From NCBI GenBank assembly GCA_900088475.1, contig FLMG01001956.1, positions 1 through 64,000 of the forward strand: a stretch of 64,000 bases of DNA, given 5' to 3'. Of this stretch, positions 35,641 to 48,141 are shown in pieces (positions within the stretch are counted from its first letter, which is position 1; every line of letters starts with the position of its first letter). This stretch comes from Hyphochytrium catenoides. Its lineage: Eukaryota; Protista; Hyphochytriomycota. The position numbers were made by a program, and so were the translations under genes. Below the pieces are notes generated by a model that was not told the origin of the DNA, searched no databases, and was given only the letters and a program-made list of their open reading frames with translations.

Positions 35641-36798
35641 TTGTCCTCCCGTCCCCCGAAGGCTGATGGCGGCTATTGTACACCCAGTAAAGAAGTGCAA
35701 GGTGAGGGTCAGTTCCTTTTAAGTTTGGCAGTCAGAAGGAGAAAAGAGCAACTGCTGAGCACTTCTTCTCTCTTCTAACTCTTGAGACTGAGGATCGCAA
35801 GGGTCAAGCTGCTGCGTGATGCGTTGCTCTTGAGGCAGATTAGCAGAGCTTTGCACATTGCCATGTACTCTCTACACTGTCCATCATGCAGAAACATCAA
35901 GAGTTGTGGCATCTTTGGTGGGCGGATAAGGATCAGCTAGAAGGTAGAGGAAGACCGTACGTATTCACGGTTACATTATTAAGTCAGATGGCTTATTATT
36001 GGGTAGTTTTCCCCCCCAACTAATCCACAAAGTGTGTTTTCCTATGTGTGTGTACCTGTGCAGAATACTGTGTACAAGGATGCATTATTGAGAGAGTAAC
36101 GGAGACCGGAGGTGATCCTCATAGGATGATATCTTTGACACAATAATAGCGCACTCAACGGATTGTCAATCGCTCTGCCAGATCTCCTACAGCTGTACGA
36201 GTTATATTCTAGCAAAAGAAATAAATACACCTTTGTCTATCTCTTTATTGATCAGGGCACTTGCCCTTGAGACAGCAGGAAGGATGTGATGGCAAAGACC
36301 TTTATTGATTATTCTTAGAGTACACAAAAGCTGGCATTCGACCCAGGACAAGAGAGTGTGGACCAAAGACAAGCAACATCAGGTATAATACCTCATACAA
36401 CCGCCGGTATAGGCTCATCACAGTCACATAGTGTCCCATTCTCTGATGTGTCTGCTCCTGCCAATGACAACAAATAGAGTCAAACTGCCGAAATACCCAT
36501 TCATACCTTCACATATGGTTGTAAGCACTTCAGCCTCAGCCAATGTCCGGGACTAAAGAGTAAAGTGCGAAGCAAGATAAAAAGAAGAGATAGCCCAAGT
36601 GGGTGGAGGAGCGGATATCAGTACATAGCCATATGCTAAGCTGCGCTACGGAAAATCCACCTAATAAATAGAGCTGCTGATGGTGGGACGCTGGTGTGTC
36701 GGGAGAATTGAGTCTCCTGTTGGCAGAGGGTTGTCGCATCATCAGTCAAACAGCCATGGAAATTGCACCAACCATAGACTGACACTTGGAACGGAACA

Positions 36799-37757
36799 CT
36801 ATTCCCTTCGCTGACGCTTAGCTCCCTTCGCTGCTGGATAGTCTTGAGTGTCATCTACAGCCGGGAGAGAAGAATTTGCAGCACTTGGGACGTAGTCAAC
36901 GGCAGGGCTCTCAGAATGCGAGCTTGAAATACCGTGAGCCTCCTGTGACGTGATCTGCGCTGCTTCTTGGTTTTTGTTTCTGGTTGCTTCTGCGTAGCGA
37001 GCTTCTAACTCGTCATAGTACTTGTTCCAAGCCTCCATTGCTTCTACTTTTGAGCTGCTCACGCGAAGAAACACGTGGACATGGAATAAGTCGATTGATC
37101 GTTCACCTCCATTGTCATCGTAGTTCCATTCAGTCACTCGAAATGGTGCTTCGGTCTCGATCCAGTCACATACATAGTCCTCAATATCGTCCATGCGCAT
37201 ATCCTTCGTACTCCATAACGTAAAATGGAGGATGTCATCCGGAGTCTCATATGGGAACATATTTGGTTCCATTGCAGTGTCCGAGAACTTTAATGTGGTC
37301 TGCAGATTGAACATAGGTCAGCAACGGAATTTTTATCAGAAGCGGATGCCAGGACTCTTACCTGAAGAATGTGACCTTCCCTGGAAGGAAAGTGAGTATC
37401 TATGTAGTCCAAATGGTCCCACTTTCTCTCTTTACATTCTTCAGAACGTGTCCAGTAGTCAAGACGCAGTGTCCGTCGCTTCAAGACAGCTCTGGAGTCA
37501 ATGGTCTCGTTGGTGTAGCAGTCATAGAACTGGTCGTCGGGTTCTGCAACCTGTTCAGCATCAGAATAGCTATCACATCTTGGTCTTTTACGAGAATCTT
37601 TTCCTTCATGATCAAAGTCGTGCGACACTTGGGTGGGCGACTGCACCTGGGCGTGGCAATCGGCAGCCATCTTAGACACCGCCAAGACGTCGTCGGGCCC
37701 TTGTTGCGATCCCATAGAATTAGGAATCTCTACGACTGGAAGGGTCTCTGGGAGCAT
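36799..37757 (-). CDS. DUF3605/Gig1-like protein (two exons)
   Basis: Intron ~37361-37301. Motifs EPNMFPYETPDDILHFTLWS and DDNGGERSIDLFHVHVFL fit the family pattern N.FPY...GI.H...WS / N....S+...H.HV. Start placed at the first ATG (37757); the frame is open to 37913. Confidence 0.7.
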
Positions 37758-38763
37758 CTCTAGTTGACCCCTAAATAGATCGAGGTAAACACTCCGGTGA
37801 CTACGCACGGAGCAGTCAGCTTTATAATAGATTGGCAGCACCACTTCGCACAAAGCGTGGGTGATGAAGTCTGATAGCTGAAAGAAAGATTCTTCGTACA
37901 GTGCCGTGACCAAGTGAGAAGCTTTTTAGCTTGTGTTACTCTGTCAACGGCGAAAAAACACTGGGGCTGTGTCTGTCTATCTACTAAGGGTAATTCCCCG
38001 GTACGAACTCAATCTCTGAATAAGCTGCAAATTAAAGTATGGAACCTTCGGGAATCGCGATTAGCCGATGGCTGAGATTGGTACACACCGCGCAACAGTT
38101 CCGCGGCAAAGGACGAGTGTTACAAATGTCCACCAGAAACCTACCTTCATTCAGGTTTTGAAGATTGCCTCGTATCTCCGGGCATATTGGGGATAGTATA
38201 GTATTAAATTAGGAACAAAGTGTCAACTTTTTAACCACAATGTTCTTTCCTGTTCTGTGTGAAAGGGCCGGGCTGGGTGGGCGGAAGATGGTGAGAGGAT
38301 GAGAGGGTAGGCAAGAAATTATGAAATATACGCTTTCCGAACTGGTTAATACGACAGGATGTTACGATTTGATCCAACAGGCGCGCCTGGGGTGCTGGCG
38401 GCGCTGGTGAAGCTCCTGATGACCCTGCGACGACTGATAATGCGATGCCTCTCGTCGTCGGGTCTCCCTCCGGCTGCCTTCTCTTGGCGTTAAAGACTCT
38501 CTCCACGCTATTGAGTGCAAGGGCAAGGAGGTTTCTAGGCATGACGGAGCTTGAGACAGATTCTCTAAACTTGAGATGCATAGCAGACTAGAAGCGGAGT
38601 CTGCTGCGCTAATGATAAAGAACCTCTAAAAGCTTGGGACTCGTTAGTATTTTTGAATTTTCTCCTCTGAGGAGTCTCTAGCCACTGCGTCGACCCCGCT
38701 GCGGGAGTTAGAGTTGACTCAAAAGCAATCTATCAAACAGAGCAAGACTCTCCCTATCCAGTC

Positions 38764-40494
38764 ATGGAAGCAAGGGGAAGCTATAAGCAGAGGAAAGGGG
38801 AAAGCGCCGAGCAGAAGAAATTTACAGTGTACGTCAGGGACAATAAGTTTAGCCCTTCAAGGGCGACGATAGTTCCTGGTACCCATGTTTCTTGGGTCCA
38901 CGCGGGGAAGCAGAATGAGGTGTATAGCGTTGCGGACCTCTCTGGAGATTTTCAAAGCCCCGAACTGAAGGCTGGCGACACGTTCACAAGGAAGTTTGAG
39001 TTAGAGGGCCATTATGAATACGGTTGTCTGGCCTGTCCCTTTATGCTTGGAACGCTGAGCGTCTCCAAGAACTCTCAAGCTGGCGTTCGGGACTCTGGTG
39101 AGCTCCATCGAGCCCAAATAGCTGTACCGGCGGCCCCTCCGTCGAGGAAGCGCCCTGCACAAGCGTCAAACGGTGGCAGCAGCCTTTCAGCACGTAACGG
39201 AGCGCTGATTAAAATTGGAAACTACCAATACAGACCTTCAGTGCTCAGTATCCCAGTGGGAACCACGGTCACGTGGAAAGCTTCTGCTGACCTGGACCCA
39301 TTGATGCTTCGACTGGAAGAAAGTAGTGGACTGTTTGAAGCCTACGACCAGCCTTCGTTCACCTACAGCTTCGAGAAGCCAGGAATTTTCCATTATGCTA
39401 ACTCTATCTATCCGTTCATGAAGGGAGAGGTCCATGTGGAGAACCCAAGAAAAGCAGACACCAAAAGCCATACCGACAAAAAGCCCATACAGGCGAAAGA
39501 AGACAGCGAACGCGTCAACGGCAAAGCCACAAGAGCACCTAAGGGTCTTTCCTCCGTTCATACTCTAGATGATGATCTTGTCGGCGGAGAGGAAGAGGGA
39601 GACAACTCAGAACCTTTGTTCAAGCTCAGCGAGGCCACCGTTGCAACACTTATTGACGCCGAGGTGGAAGAGGAAAACTTTTGGCGGGTCACAAGACTGC
39701 AAGTGCGATCAAAGGGAAAGAGCGCCGCCCAGTATACTGCTACCAACGGTGTTTGTTCTGCCATAGAAGCTGACAAACAAAGTCAATTGCAAACTGCAGA
39801 AGTCCCTACAAGCGTTGGGACGCAGATGGACAAGGCCAAAGAGAGACCGATGCCAGGTAAAGACAAGCCACATTCAAGGATGGAGATACCGCAGCAGAGA
39901 CAAAGAGGCGAGACTCTCCTCTGGTCCCACCAAAATCAGGGAGAAACTGAGCGCAAAGTATCCCACCGTACGCCAGTACGGAGTGAATTACCTAGAGCGC
40001 CTTCCTGGAAAGAGGCCACCCAGCAAGCCGAAGAGCCAGAAAGTGGCTTTGACCCAGAGAGAGCAACTCGGTTCTTGTCAGACAGTACGTTACAGCTGGT
40101 TCTTGCCTACAGTCGGCGACGCGACATGAGGAACTAACCCTTTCTTCCTATTTATTACGATCCAGGGTGGGAGCTGGTTAAAGCTAATAAGGAGACGTGC
40201 GTGCATCTGGTCCGTGCTGTCCCAAAGCTATCAAACTTCTCTCTCAGAGAGTTCTTGGCGAAGTTTGGTCCTGCGTCAGGGCGCGACGAACGAGAACAAG
40301 ACGATGGACTCCTCTTCGTAGACGACAGGAGCCACGGCCATACCGGTCATCAAGGGCGGACCACTGAACGGTGGTCCGTGAAGTCTTCAGTCAACGGAAG
40401 GAATAAAAGTAAGGGCCAGCGAAGTTTCAAAGGCCCGAGATCCGGGCATCCTCCTGCTCGGAGTGAGAGGCCCCGTTATGCCCTAGCGGGTTAA
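38764..40494 (+). CDS. Protein with two plastocyanin-like cupredoxin-fold domains and a disordered tail
   Basis: Domain 1 VYVRDNKFSPSRATIVPGTHVSWV...FQSPELKAGDTFTRKFELEGHYEYGCLACPFMLGTLSV; domain 2 IKIGNYQYRPSVLSIPVGTTVTWK...FTYSFEKPGIFHYANSIYPFMKGEVHV. Intron 40085-40165 (CTAAC branch) joins in frame to the 40201-40494 ORF. Confidence 0.8.
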
Positions 40495-40827
40495 ACTCTG
40501 CTGCGTCTGTGTATTTATATCTGAGAGGCTCTGGATACCATGGTCCTCTATTCTGTTTGCTTTTCTCACTTGGCATAGAGCAACGTCATACTGAGAGCTG
40601 ACTTCTCGGGTTTATGATGTGTAAGCCGCTTGTATTGTTTAATAATCGTGCACACTGTGTGAAAATTTGTCTGTGAAGAATCACTCTATTATTCACCTCT
40701 CAAGCTTCAGCCAAACGGAGACGAAAGGCATAGGTTGCAAGTAAAAAATTTTAGAGCCAGAAACAAGCGCTATGATAGAGCTATGACGTGGTCCTTGGAG
40801 TAAAGACAAGGTTGCCCGCCTTCTTTC

Positions 40828-43800
40828 TTACGATAGTTGTGGCACCTTCCAGATGAAAATGGCACCTTCTGAACCCACAGAGACTACCTTCTCACAATCG
40901 GGCGAGACCTTGACGGACTTGACCCACCCAGAGTGCCCAACACCAGACGCCAACTCGAGACCGTCATCATAGTGCCAGATTTTCACCTTGCGATCCCTGC
41001 CTCCCTCGACAAAGAATGTTCCAGAGGAATCTATGTCAAGAGCCAGCATTTCCTAAGTGACGGGCAAGGCGTTAGTAGCCATACAACATAATACACTTAT
41101 CCTCCTCTAGGCCCCTGCGCGTCAACCACTTGGCTTCCTCATCTGATGTATATCTCACTGGATGTTTGTTGACATGGACTCCCCATATCCAGGCTCATAA
41201 CCCAGCTTCCTCTTTGGCCCATGCTTTGCGAGAACATCTTAACTCTCCCTACTGTAGCTGCTCAGCACCACTTCCGCTTTCCTACCTCGTCACTCGCATC
41301 TTCGAGGACTCTGATAGCCTGGCCATCATAGCAGTCCCAGTAAGTGATTTTCCTGTCGCTGCCATTCGTTATTAATTGGCTCTCATCCGGATGGTAAAGG
41401 ATGCGGTTGAAGATGGTGGAGGCATGCATAGCCTTAAGTCCTGTGCAGTTCTGGAGATCCCAAAGGATGCAGGACCCATCCGCTGACGCAGAGACACACT
41501 GCGTGTTATCCTTGTTCACGGTAATGCAGTTTATTTGGCCTGATGATGGTACCCGGACATCAACGGAGAGAGAGAACGTAAGTATTATGGTCAAAGAAGA
41601 AAAGAGAGCAAGAAGTTACGCTGCAGTCGCCCAGATGCTCTTAAGAAGAGTCGAGTGCGGATGCAGAGCGACAGGTGTAAACAAACTGTAACTACCTCTG
41701 TGCTCCTTCATCGAAGCCTCCATCTTCTGAATGTTCGCTCGGATGCCCCAAATCCTGACTCTTCCATCTTTTCCACCACTGATGAGACGCCATGGCTCCG
41801 TGTCATTTCCATGAGTCACAGCCAGAGCCGTGGTGCTCTCGGTATGGGCGTCTTGGATAACGAAACGTAACCTAGGTGAAACCAAAGGAAAAAGTGGCGA
41901 AAGGGGTGGCAGTTTAGTACAGAGGGAGGCATAGAGTCAAAACCCGGTGTTTGCAACTGCACCGTCGCCTCCATATCAAATCCTATTCATCCCAGCCCTC
42001 TCCTTGTGGCTCTGCCTTTATTGATCTCTCGTTCTCTCTCTCTCTTACTCTTCTTCTTTTGCGTCTCCACTGTCTGTTTCTCTCTCTTTCTCTCTTTCTC
42101 GAACTCTTGAAAAAAGGCGCGGATCTTACTTTCCACTCTCTGGGAGGAATGCACGGATCTTCCCATCGTTCCATCCGCTAACTATTGTGCCACCATTGTC
42201 TGTGATGCCGACACAGTTGCACTCCAGATTGGGTACCTGTGCGCCAAAGAGGGATCGAGTGAAGGATATTGATGAGTTCGAAGAGAGAAATGCTAAGGGA
42301 ACAAGAGCAGAGAAACAGTTACGTGCAGTTGAAGCTAGGCATATCGTTCTTTAATGATCCGTCTTTAGAAGACTGCTTCAGCGGCCCATTACCTGAATTC
42401 TAAGAAGCTCCTGCTTAGTGTCAGCGTTCCATACTCTAATGTCATTTGCAGAAGATGTAAGGAAGAGCTGAGAGCAGTCTTTTGGGAAGATAATGTCATT
42501 GATCGGCGCATAATGACAGGTGCGCTTCAGCTCTGCCATCAGCTTCTTCATTGAGGTCTTATCGTGTGTCAAAAGGTAAGTGTTGCTCTGATCGGTGCCG
42601 GCCATAAAAGTGTCTCCAGAAGAGTCAACCTATCAGGCAATATAATTAGAAGACACAGATAAGTTGGACAGCTTGGATAAGATCCCGACGAGGTTTTGGG
42701 GAGGGAGATATAGGGCCGGAACAAGCACTTTATCCAAAAGGAGCATCTCATACTGCCTCAGGCTTACTTGTGAGATGGAACTGACGCCTCCCACTAGCTG
42801 CTCCGTCGCAATAGCCTTGAGATTAGAGTTCAAGACTGCCACAGTACCATCTCCGGCGCCGACCAAGATAAAACGGTGCTCCTTCTCCTCTTTTCCTGTT
42901 CCGTATTTCTGTGTGAGGAGTAGAAGGGGAAACTTTCACATTAGTTCTCGTTTGGAAGAGTAAATGAACTATGGAGCAGAGGCCATGCATACAGCGCAAG
43001 GCTAATGCAGAGCTAGATAAGCAATCTCTTACTTACCTTCACATAAGTTGTAAGGCACTGGATTCCTTGGCTGAATCGCTCCTTGCTGGACTGATTGAAC
43101 CTTGGCTTTTGATTGCCTATGCAGGGTCCCACCTGACGAAAGAGATCGCACTCTAGCTTGACCTCTAACAGGTCTCCGGTCCTGGGACGCAGTATTAGCA
43201 TGAATGCTCACTGGGATTCCAGCTTACTGGCCCTTCCGGTGTATCGGGTGCACGCACTCTTTGACCATTCCCCTATATTGCTCCCTATTTTACCTGGTGC
43301 CGCAGTAGGCCGTACTATCGTCGTCACTAATGACGACAGAAGTTATGATCCGCTTCAATTGACCCATCTTGGCTTCCAAAGAATGGAGCTTCCGGTTCTT
43401 AGAGTCCAGGCGCCAAACCTGTAAAATGGAAAGATGAGCAACTGACAAAGTGAACAAGATCCATGGCACCGACCTATGTACAAGCCAAGCACGAGGACAA
43501 AGAACAAAAAGACGCCCATAAGTGAGCGAAGTTGATGATACCTGAAAGGAGTAGTTACCCGCGGTAACCAGTAGCTCATTTTGCTTGTTGAACGCCCTGA
43601 CAATCAATGTGGAGTCGGGACCAGATGGAGTTCCACAGAGGGCTTCTCCGGTGCTTGTCTGCCATACAGCAAGGTTGTTGTCATCCTGTCCTCCCACCGT
43701 GAAGAGGTAGTCGCCGTTCTTGCTGAATGCCAGGTCCTGCACCCTTCCGATATGAAGCTGTAATCTGTGCAGAAGGAAGTTGCCTGCATTGTTATTGCCC

Positions 43801-44293
43801 AAGCTCTCGAGGGCCGCCCCAAAGTCCTGGCGTTAGCAGTTAAGTGTAAATCTACCAGGCAATCTTTGCTAAGAAGGATCATATGCAAAAGCTATACCCA
43901 GATAATTGCTGCGGCCTTTTGTCCCGGAATGCCTTGTTGACCTGAAGCCAGGCGCTTTCCGTCCCTTGAAAGGGTTAGGCAAGTGATCTCGTCCGTGTGG
44001 CCCTTCAGGAAGGTTTGGACATTCTTCTTGGTGTCTCGAAGTACAACGGTTGATCCCAAAGCATACACCGTATACCGGCCGCTTTGAAGCGAAATAAGGC
44101 CATTCAAGACCTTACCTAAAAGTTGAAAACGAAGGGGAAGTGATCATCGGAGATAGAATAAGCTTTGATTAAGGCTTCCGTCTTCCCGTGACATCCCTGT
44201 AATATCCCCTCCATTTGTGTCTGCTATATAAACTAACATCAGCCTACCTCCAAAGCCAATGACTGACTCTAGCGCAAGCTCCTTATTAGGCAT
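40828..44293 (-). CDS. CFAP52: Cilia- and flagella-associated protein 52 (WDR16), WD40 microtubule inner protein
   Basis: MPNKELALESVIGFGG|KVLNGL...VYALGSTVV...FLKGHTDEITCLTLSRDGKRLASGQ, TVGGQDDNNLAVW, KQELLRIQ|VPNLECN, SMKEHR, GSDRKITYWD, KVKIWHYDDG...GVGHSG...VSVGSEGAIFIWK. Confidence 0.93.
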
Positions 44294-44926
44294 CTTGCGT
44301 CCTGGCTTATATCTCAGGTTTCAGAAGCCTATGAAAGGATTGCGGTCTAACGTTTCCACTTAGTAGCTTTGTCACTGTCGCCTGAGCGATATACGTCAAT
44401 GGTAAGCTCTTCAATCTCCACAACCGATAGCAGTCCAGACCCCGAAATGAGCTCTAGTCTTCCAAGAACTTCATACTCCTATTATGCTTGACTTTGTCTA
44501 TTTCTTCTCTCATTCCCCGCGCTCTCTCTCTCACTCCCTCTCTCTCACTTACTCTCTCTCTCTCTTTCTCTGGCTTCTTGTCTCCGTCCGCGGATGAAGT
44601 CTGTCTCTATCCTTCGTATGCCGCTAAGCTGGGTCTGTATCCCTTGCTCTATCCAGCGCTGACTGTGCCCAAGAGTGTCACCAGCGGCATCACATCAAAT
44701 CATGTGTGCTTTATCCTCTGCTCTATAAATGAAAATAACCGTTTGGTCCCTTGAGCCTATCCAAATTGGTATGTAACCTTATTTGTGACCTACCAGAAAG
44801 GCGATTACAGAAATCTGTGGTCGTTTCAGAAATCAATCAGTCGATTCAGCTTGTGGTAACCGATGTGTGGCAGTCGCTAATGATTTTGTGTTGAAATGGC
44901 ATCTGACATCTTCCGTCCTCCTCTTG

Positions 44927-44985
44927 NNNNNNNNNNNNNNNNNNNNNNNNNNNNNNNNNNNNNNNNNNNNNNNNNNNNNNNNNNN
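44927..44985. other. Assembly gap (59 N)
   Basis: Run of N. Confidence 1.
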
Positions 44986-45184
44986 AATAGGAGAATCTCT
45001 ACGCAAAAGCGGGGTGGGGTTTATTGGGGTGGAACATACTTCATTGTTGTGATGAATACTTAGTCTTTTTGTGGCTACCTAGCTTGTGGCTTCCTAGTCT
45101 CTGTTGTGGATTGAGGGACTGCTCTTGTCACATGATATGTACGTCTACATTAATTTGCAACAGGGATGGATCCCAAATCCAGCT

Positions 45185-46297
45185 TTACAATTTCGATTCC
45201 GGGCCCATAGCCACAGGATAGGTCAAAGCACCGCCATCGACATTCATGATCAGCCCTGTTATCCAGGCACTAGCCGGCGAGGATAAAAAGAGTGCTGCAC
45301 CAGCCATGTCTGAAGGTGCGCCCATGCGACCGAGGGGAATTCCAGCTGCCATAGATGAGTGTAAACGTTAACCCATGAGAGGCCGCGAAACAGGTAGTAG
45401 TATACAGATTCTTACATTCGATGGCCTCTTTACCAACATAGGTAAGGAGCTGATTCGACATGGAACTTGGTACATAACCGGGCGCAATTGCGTTAACAGT
45501 GATGCTCTTAGAATCGCCTCGCCTAGCCAAGTCGTAGGCAAGCTTAAGAGTCAACTGGTGAATGGCAGACTTGCTTGCGTCGTAGGAGTAGGTGGGAAAG
45601 ACCTGAGGGCGGAAACCTTGGGCCAAGGATGAGCTTGGTGCCCTTAGCCAATGGGTCGTAAGAGGTACCTACCTACGATGGACCCAATCATTATTACCCT
45701 CGCTGGATCGCCAGCGTTCGCCCCAGCATCCAAAGCAGGCAGAAGATTCCGGGTGAGAAAGAATGGTGCCTTCACATTAAGCGCCATCACCTTGTCGAAG
45801 CCTTTCTCAGAAAACTTCTCCAGCGGTTCACCCCAAGAAGTTCCCGAGTTGTTGACAAGAATGTGTAGTTTGCTCTCCTTCTTCATGAACTCCTCTGCCA
45901 GGCGCTTGCAGCCCGCCTCTGTGGCCAGATCTTCTGCGATCTTCAAGTAACTCATGTCAAAAGCATCGCTATGCCAAGACGCTAGCGTCTGTCTACGGTC
46001 GATAGAGAACAACATGTCTTACCGCATAGCATTTTCCTGGGCCAATGTTCGTCAGCTCTCTCGCCGTGGCTTCACAGGCATCCCTTGATCTTGAACAAAT
46101 GTATACCTTTACACCATTCTCGACAAAGCCCTGACAGGAGTTCACAAAGCGATGTCAATAGCTAAGCAAAGCAGCTTGTCACCGTAACCATCTTCTATTA
46201 CCTGAGCAATCATCTTCCCGATCCCACGGCCGCCACCAGTGACTAGAGCCGTCTTACCCGTTAGGTTGAAGAGCTTCGACACGGAAAGGGACTTCAT
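45185..46297 (-). CDS. Classical short-chain dehydrogenase/reductase (RhlG-like) with PTS1
   Basis: Five exons: ALVTGGGRGIG, ILVNNSG, IMIGSIVG, catalytic YDASK, VNAIAPG, IPLGRMG...WITGLIMNVDGG, ending ...GPESKL* (TAA 45187-45185). Confidence 0.92.
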
Positions 46298-47481
46298 TGT
46301 AGGGTAAATTCTGATGTTTTCTTGTGTGTACTCCTACTACAGCCACCGTTAGGGCAACGCCAGTTTCTCAGTTAAGACCCTTGCTGGTGCTTTAGACTCC
46401 GGCGATGAGATGAGATCGTGGCTGTGAAAGTGCAAATGAGTCCTCAACTCATGGTTCTACAGCTGCTTTCTTCAGGTTGTTCCGATCTACACCGCCTTCA
46501 CTCCTTCGCAACAGATCTCTTCATGTAACATGGCAGTAAAGCTCAACTTGGGTAACCAAAAAAAGAAGCTCTACCCACATGGGTCCTTTCGCCTTTTGTT
46601 CCTTCGAGTATTTGGTCAACCCAGATCTGCTGGAAGCTCCAGAATCTGCCAGAAGCGATGGGACGATGGGTGAATGGGTACCCAAGAAAATCACGCCAGA
46701 GTCACGATCTTCGAACTTGACGTGAGACGTGCAGAACTGGATGTAACGACGGTTACCGGCTCCTCTCACCAAAGGTCAACACTCAAAGGTGATGGTGGAG
46801 GACCACCAACCTGATTATGGATGTACCCACAAATGACCCCACAGCATGAGAGGACCGCCGCCAGAAGATGGTATGGCTCTCCATGGTACAGCGAGCTCAG
46901 TGCCATTGAATTTGTGTCTACTGACAATGAACAGGGGTCGGTCTAAGTGAATAGGGGGCAGGAGTAGAGGAGAGGGTTTCCACCATCATCCATGGATTGC
47001 TGCGTGAATGGAGAATGGCAACAAACCAACAGTGATGCTGGGTATCTTCAGCAGACAACACTAGACACCACCTTTCTCCTCTCGTGGCTTACTTTAAGAT
47101 TGAACTGGCTCACTTACAAACTAGTGCGGCAGGTACTAACCTTCCATTATATCAACAAGAAGAGTATCGCCCTGTCAATGATGACCTTCTGCTCTGTGGT
47201 GAACAAGCTTTGAAACTCTTAATGCTTTATGACGTTGGTCGCGATGGACGTGAATATAATCGTACTCGTAGTAGTGCCATAGCTTGTCACGAGAAAATGG
47301 TAAATAAAAAAAAGAAAGGCTCTTATCAATTAATTTCGTAAATAAATGGTTGTAAGGTGTGTGGAAACTCACGCACACAGGAGAGACATCGTAATGCTTC
47401 ATGACGAATGTCACGCTGTGATAACGAACCAAGCACAAGCGCCATCGCTTTGGTGGATATGACCTCTCCGGCGATTGGAGT

Positions 47482-48141
47482 TTACTTTTTCAGACCACAG
47501 AGAGTCATACACTGCTCCTTGCCCAACGCAGGGTTCTGTGGCAGACCGTCATGAAGCTTCTGTACCTCGCTTGGAGCGATATTGAAGCTCGCTGCAATCG
47601 CTTCTTGAGGTAGATCAAACAAGTGAGTTGGGATCGTGACCGTTCCAGGGTCTTCACTGTTGAGGGCAGCAATGAAGGTGAGCTTCTCGCAGCCAAGATT
47701 TTGTTGATAGTGGATGAGACCCTGAGGAAAGAAGGTCGCCTCACCAGCCTTCAAGTCATTAACCACGACTCTCTCACTTCCGTTTTCTTCCGCAAAAGCA
47801 GTGCGGAGACCGTCCCCAGCAATGACAAAGAGAATTTCTGAAGCACGTGGATGCACATGCGGGATATTTATGCCACAAGGTTCCAGGGTCACGAGGGCAA
47901 AAGATGCGCCAATACCTTGCAAGGAAGGAAGCTGTTTCACGTTCATTTGTCTGGCTTCCCCACCGTCGTTTTTGGTGGGATTGGCGCCAAGAAGATCGAA
48001 CTTGAAGTCTCCATTATTTACAAAGGCAGTACGAGCGTCTAAAGCTGTTGATGCGCCCATGGCTGTAGCTGTACCAGCCAGCAAGAAGGTGGCGTTGAAG
48101 AGTAATGTAGAGAGCTTCGCAATGGATAAAAGACTGACCAT
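47482..48141 (-). CDS. Secreted germin/spherulin-1-like cupin
   Basis: Intronless, 219 aa, hydrophobic N-terminus, germin boxes GINIPHVHPRASE and FPQGLIHYQQN (H,H,E,H metal ligands). Confidence 0.9.
   Translation of the reverse strand: MVSLLSIAKLSTLLFNATFLLAGTATAMGASTALDARTAFVNNGDFKFDLLGANPTKNDGGEARQMNVKQLPSLQGIGASFALVTLEPCGINIPHVHPRASEILFVIAGDGLRTAFAEENGSERVVVNDLKAGEATFFPQGLIHYQQNLGCEKLTFIAALNSEDPGTVTIPTHLFDLPQEAIAASFNIAPSEVQKLHDGLPQNPALGKEQCMTLCGLKK

Noticed and set aside
45275-45300. Suspected homopolymer frameshift in the SDR last exon
   Set aside because: Recounting gives five A (ctc ttt tta tcc on the sense strand); the frame is intact.
46380-47480. Short ORFs between the SDR and the cupin (also 48660-49100)
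   Set aside because: No consistent splice model or recognisable motif; treated as intergenic.
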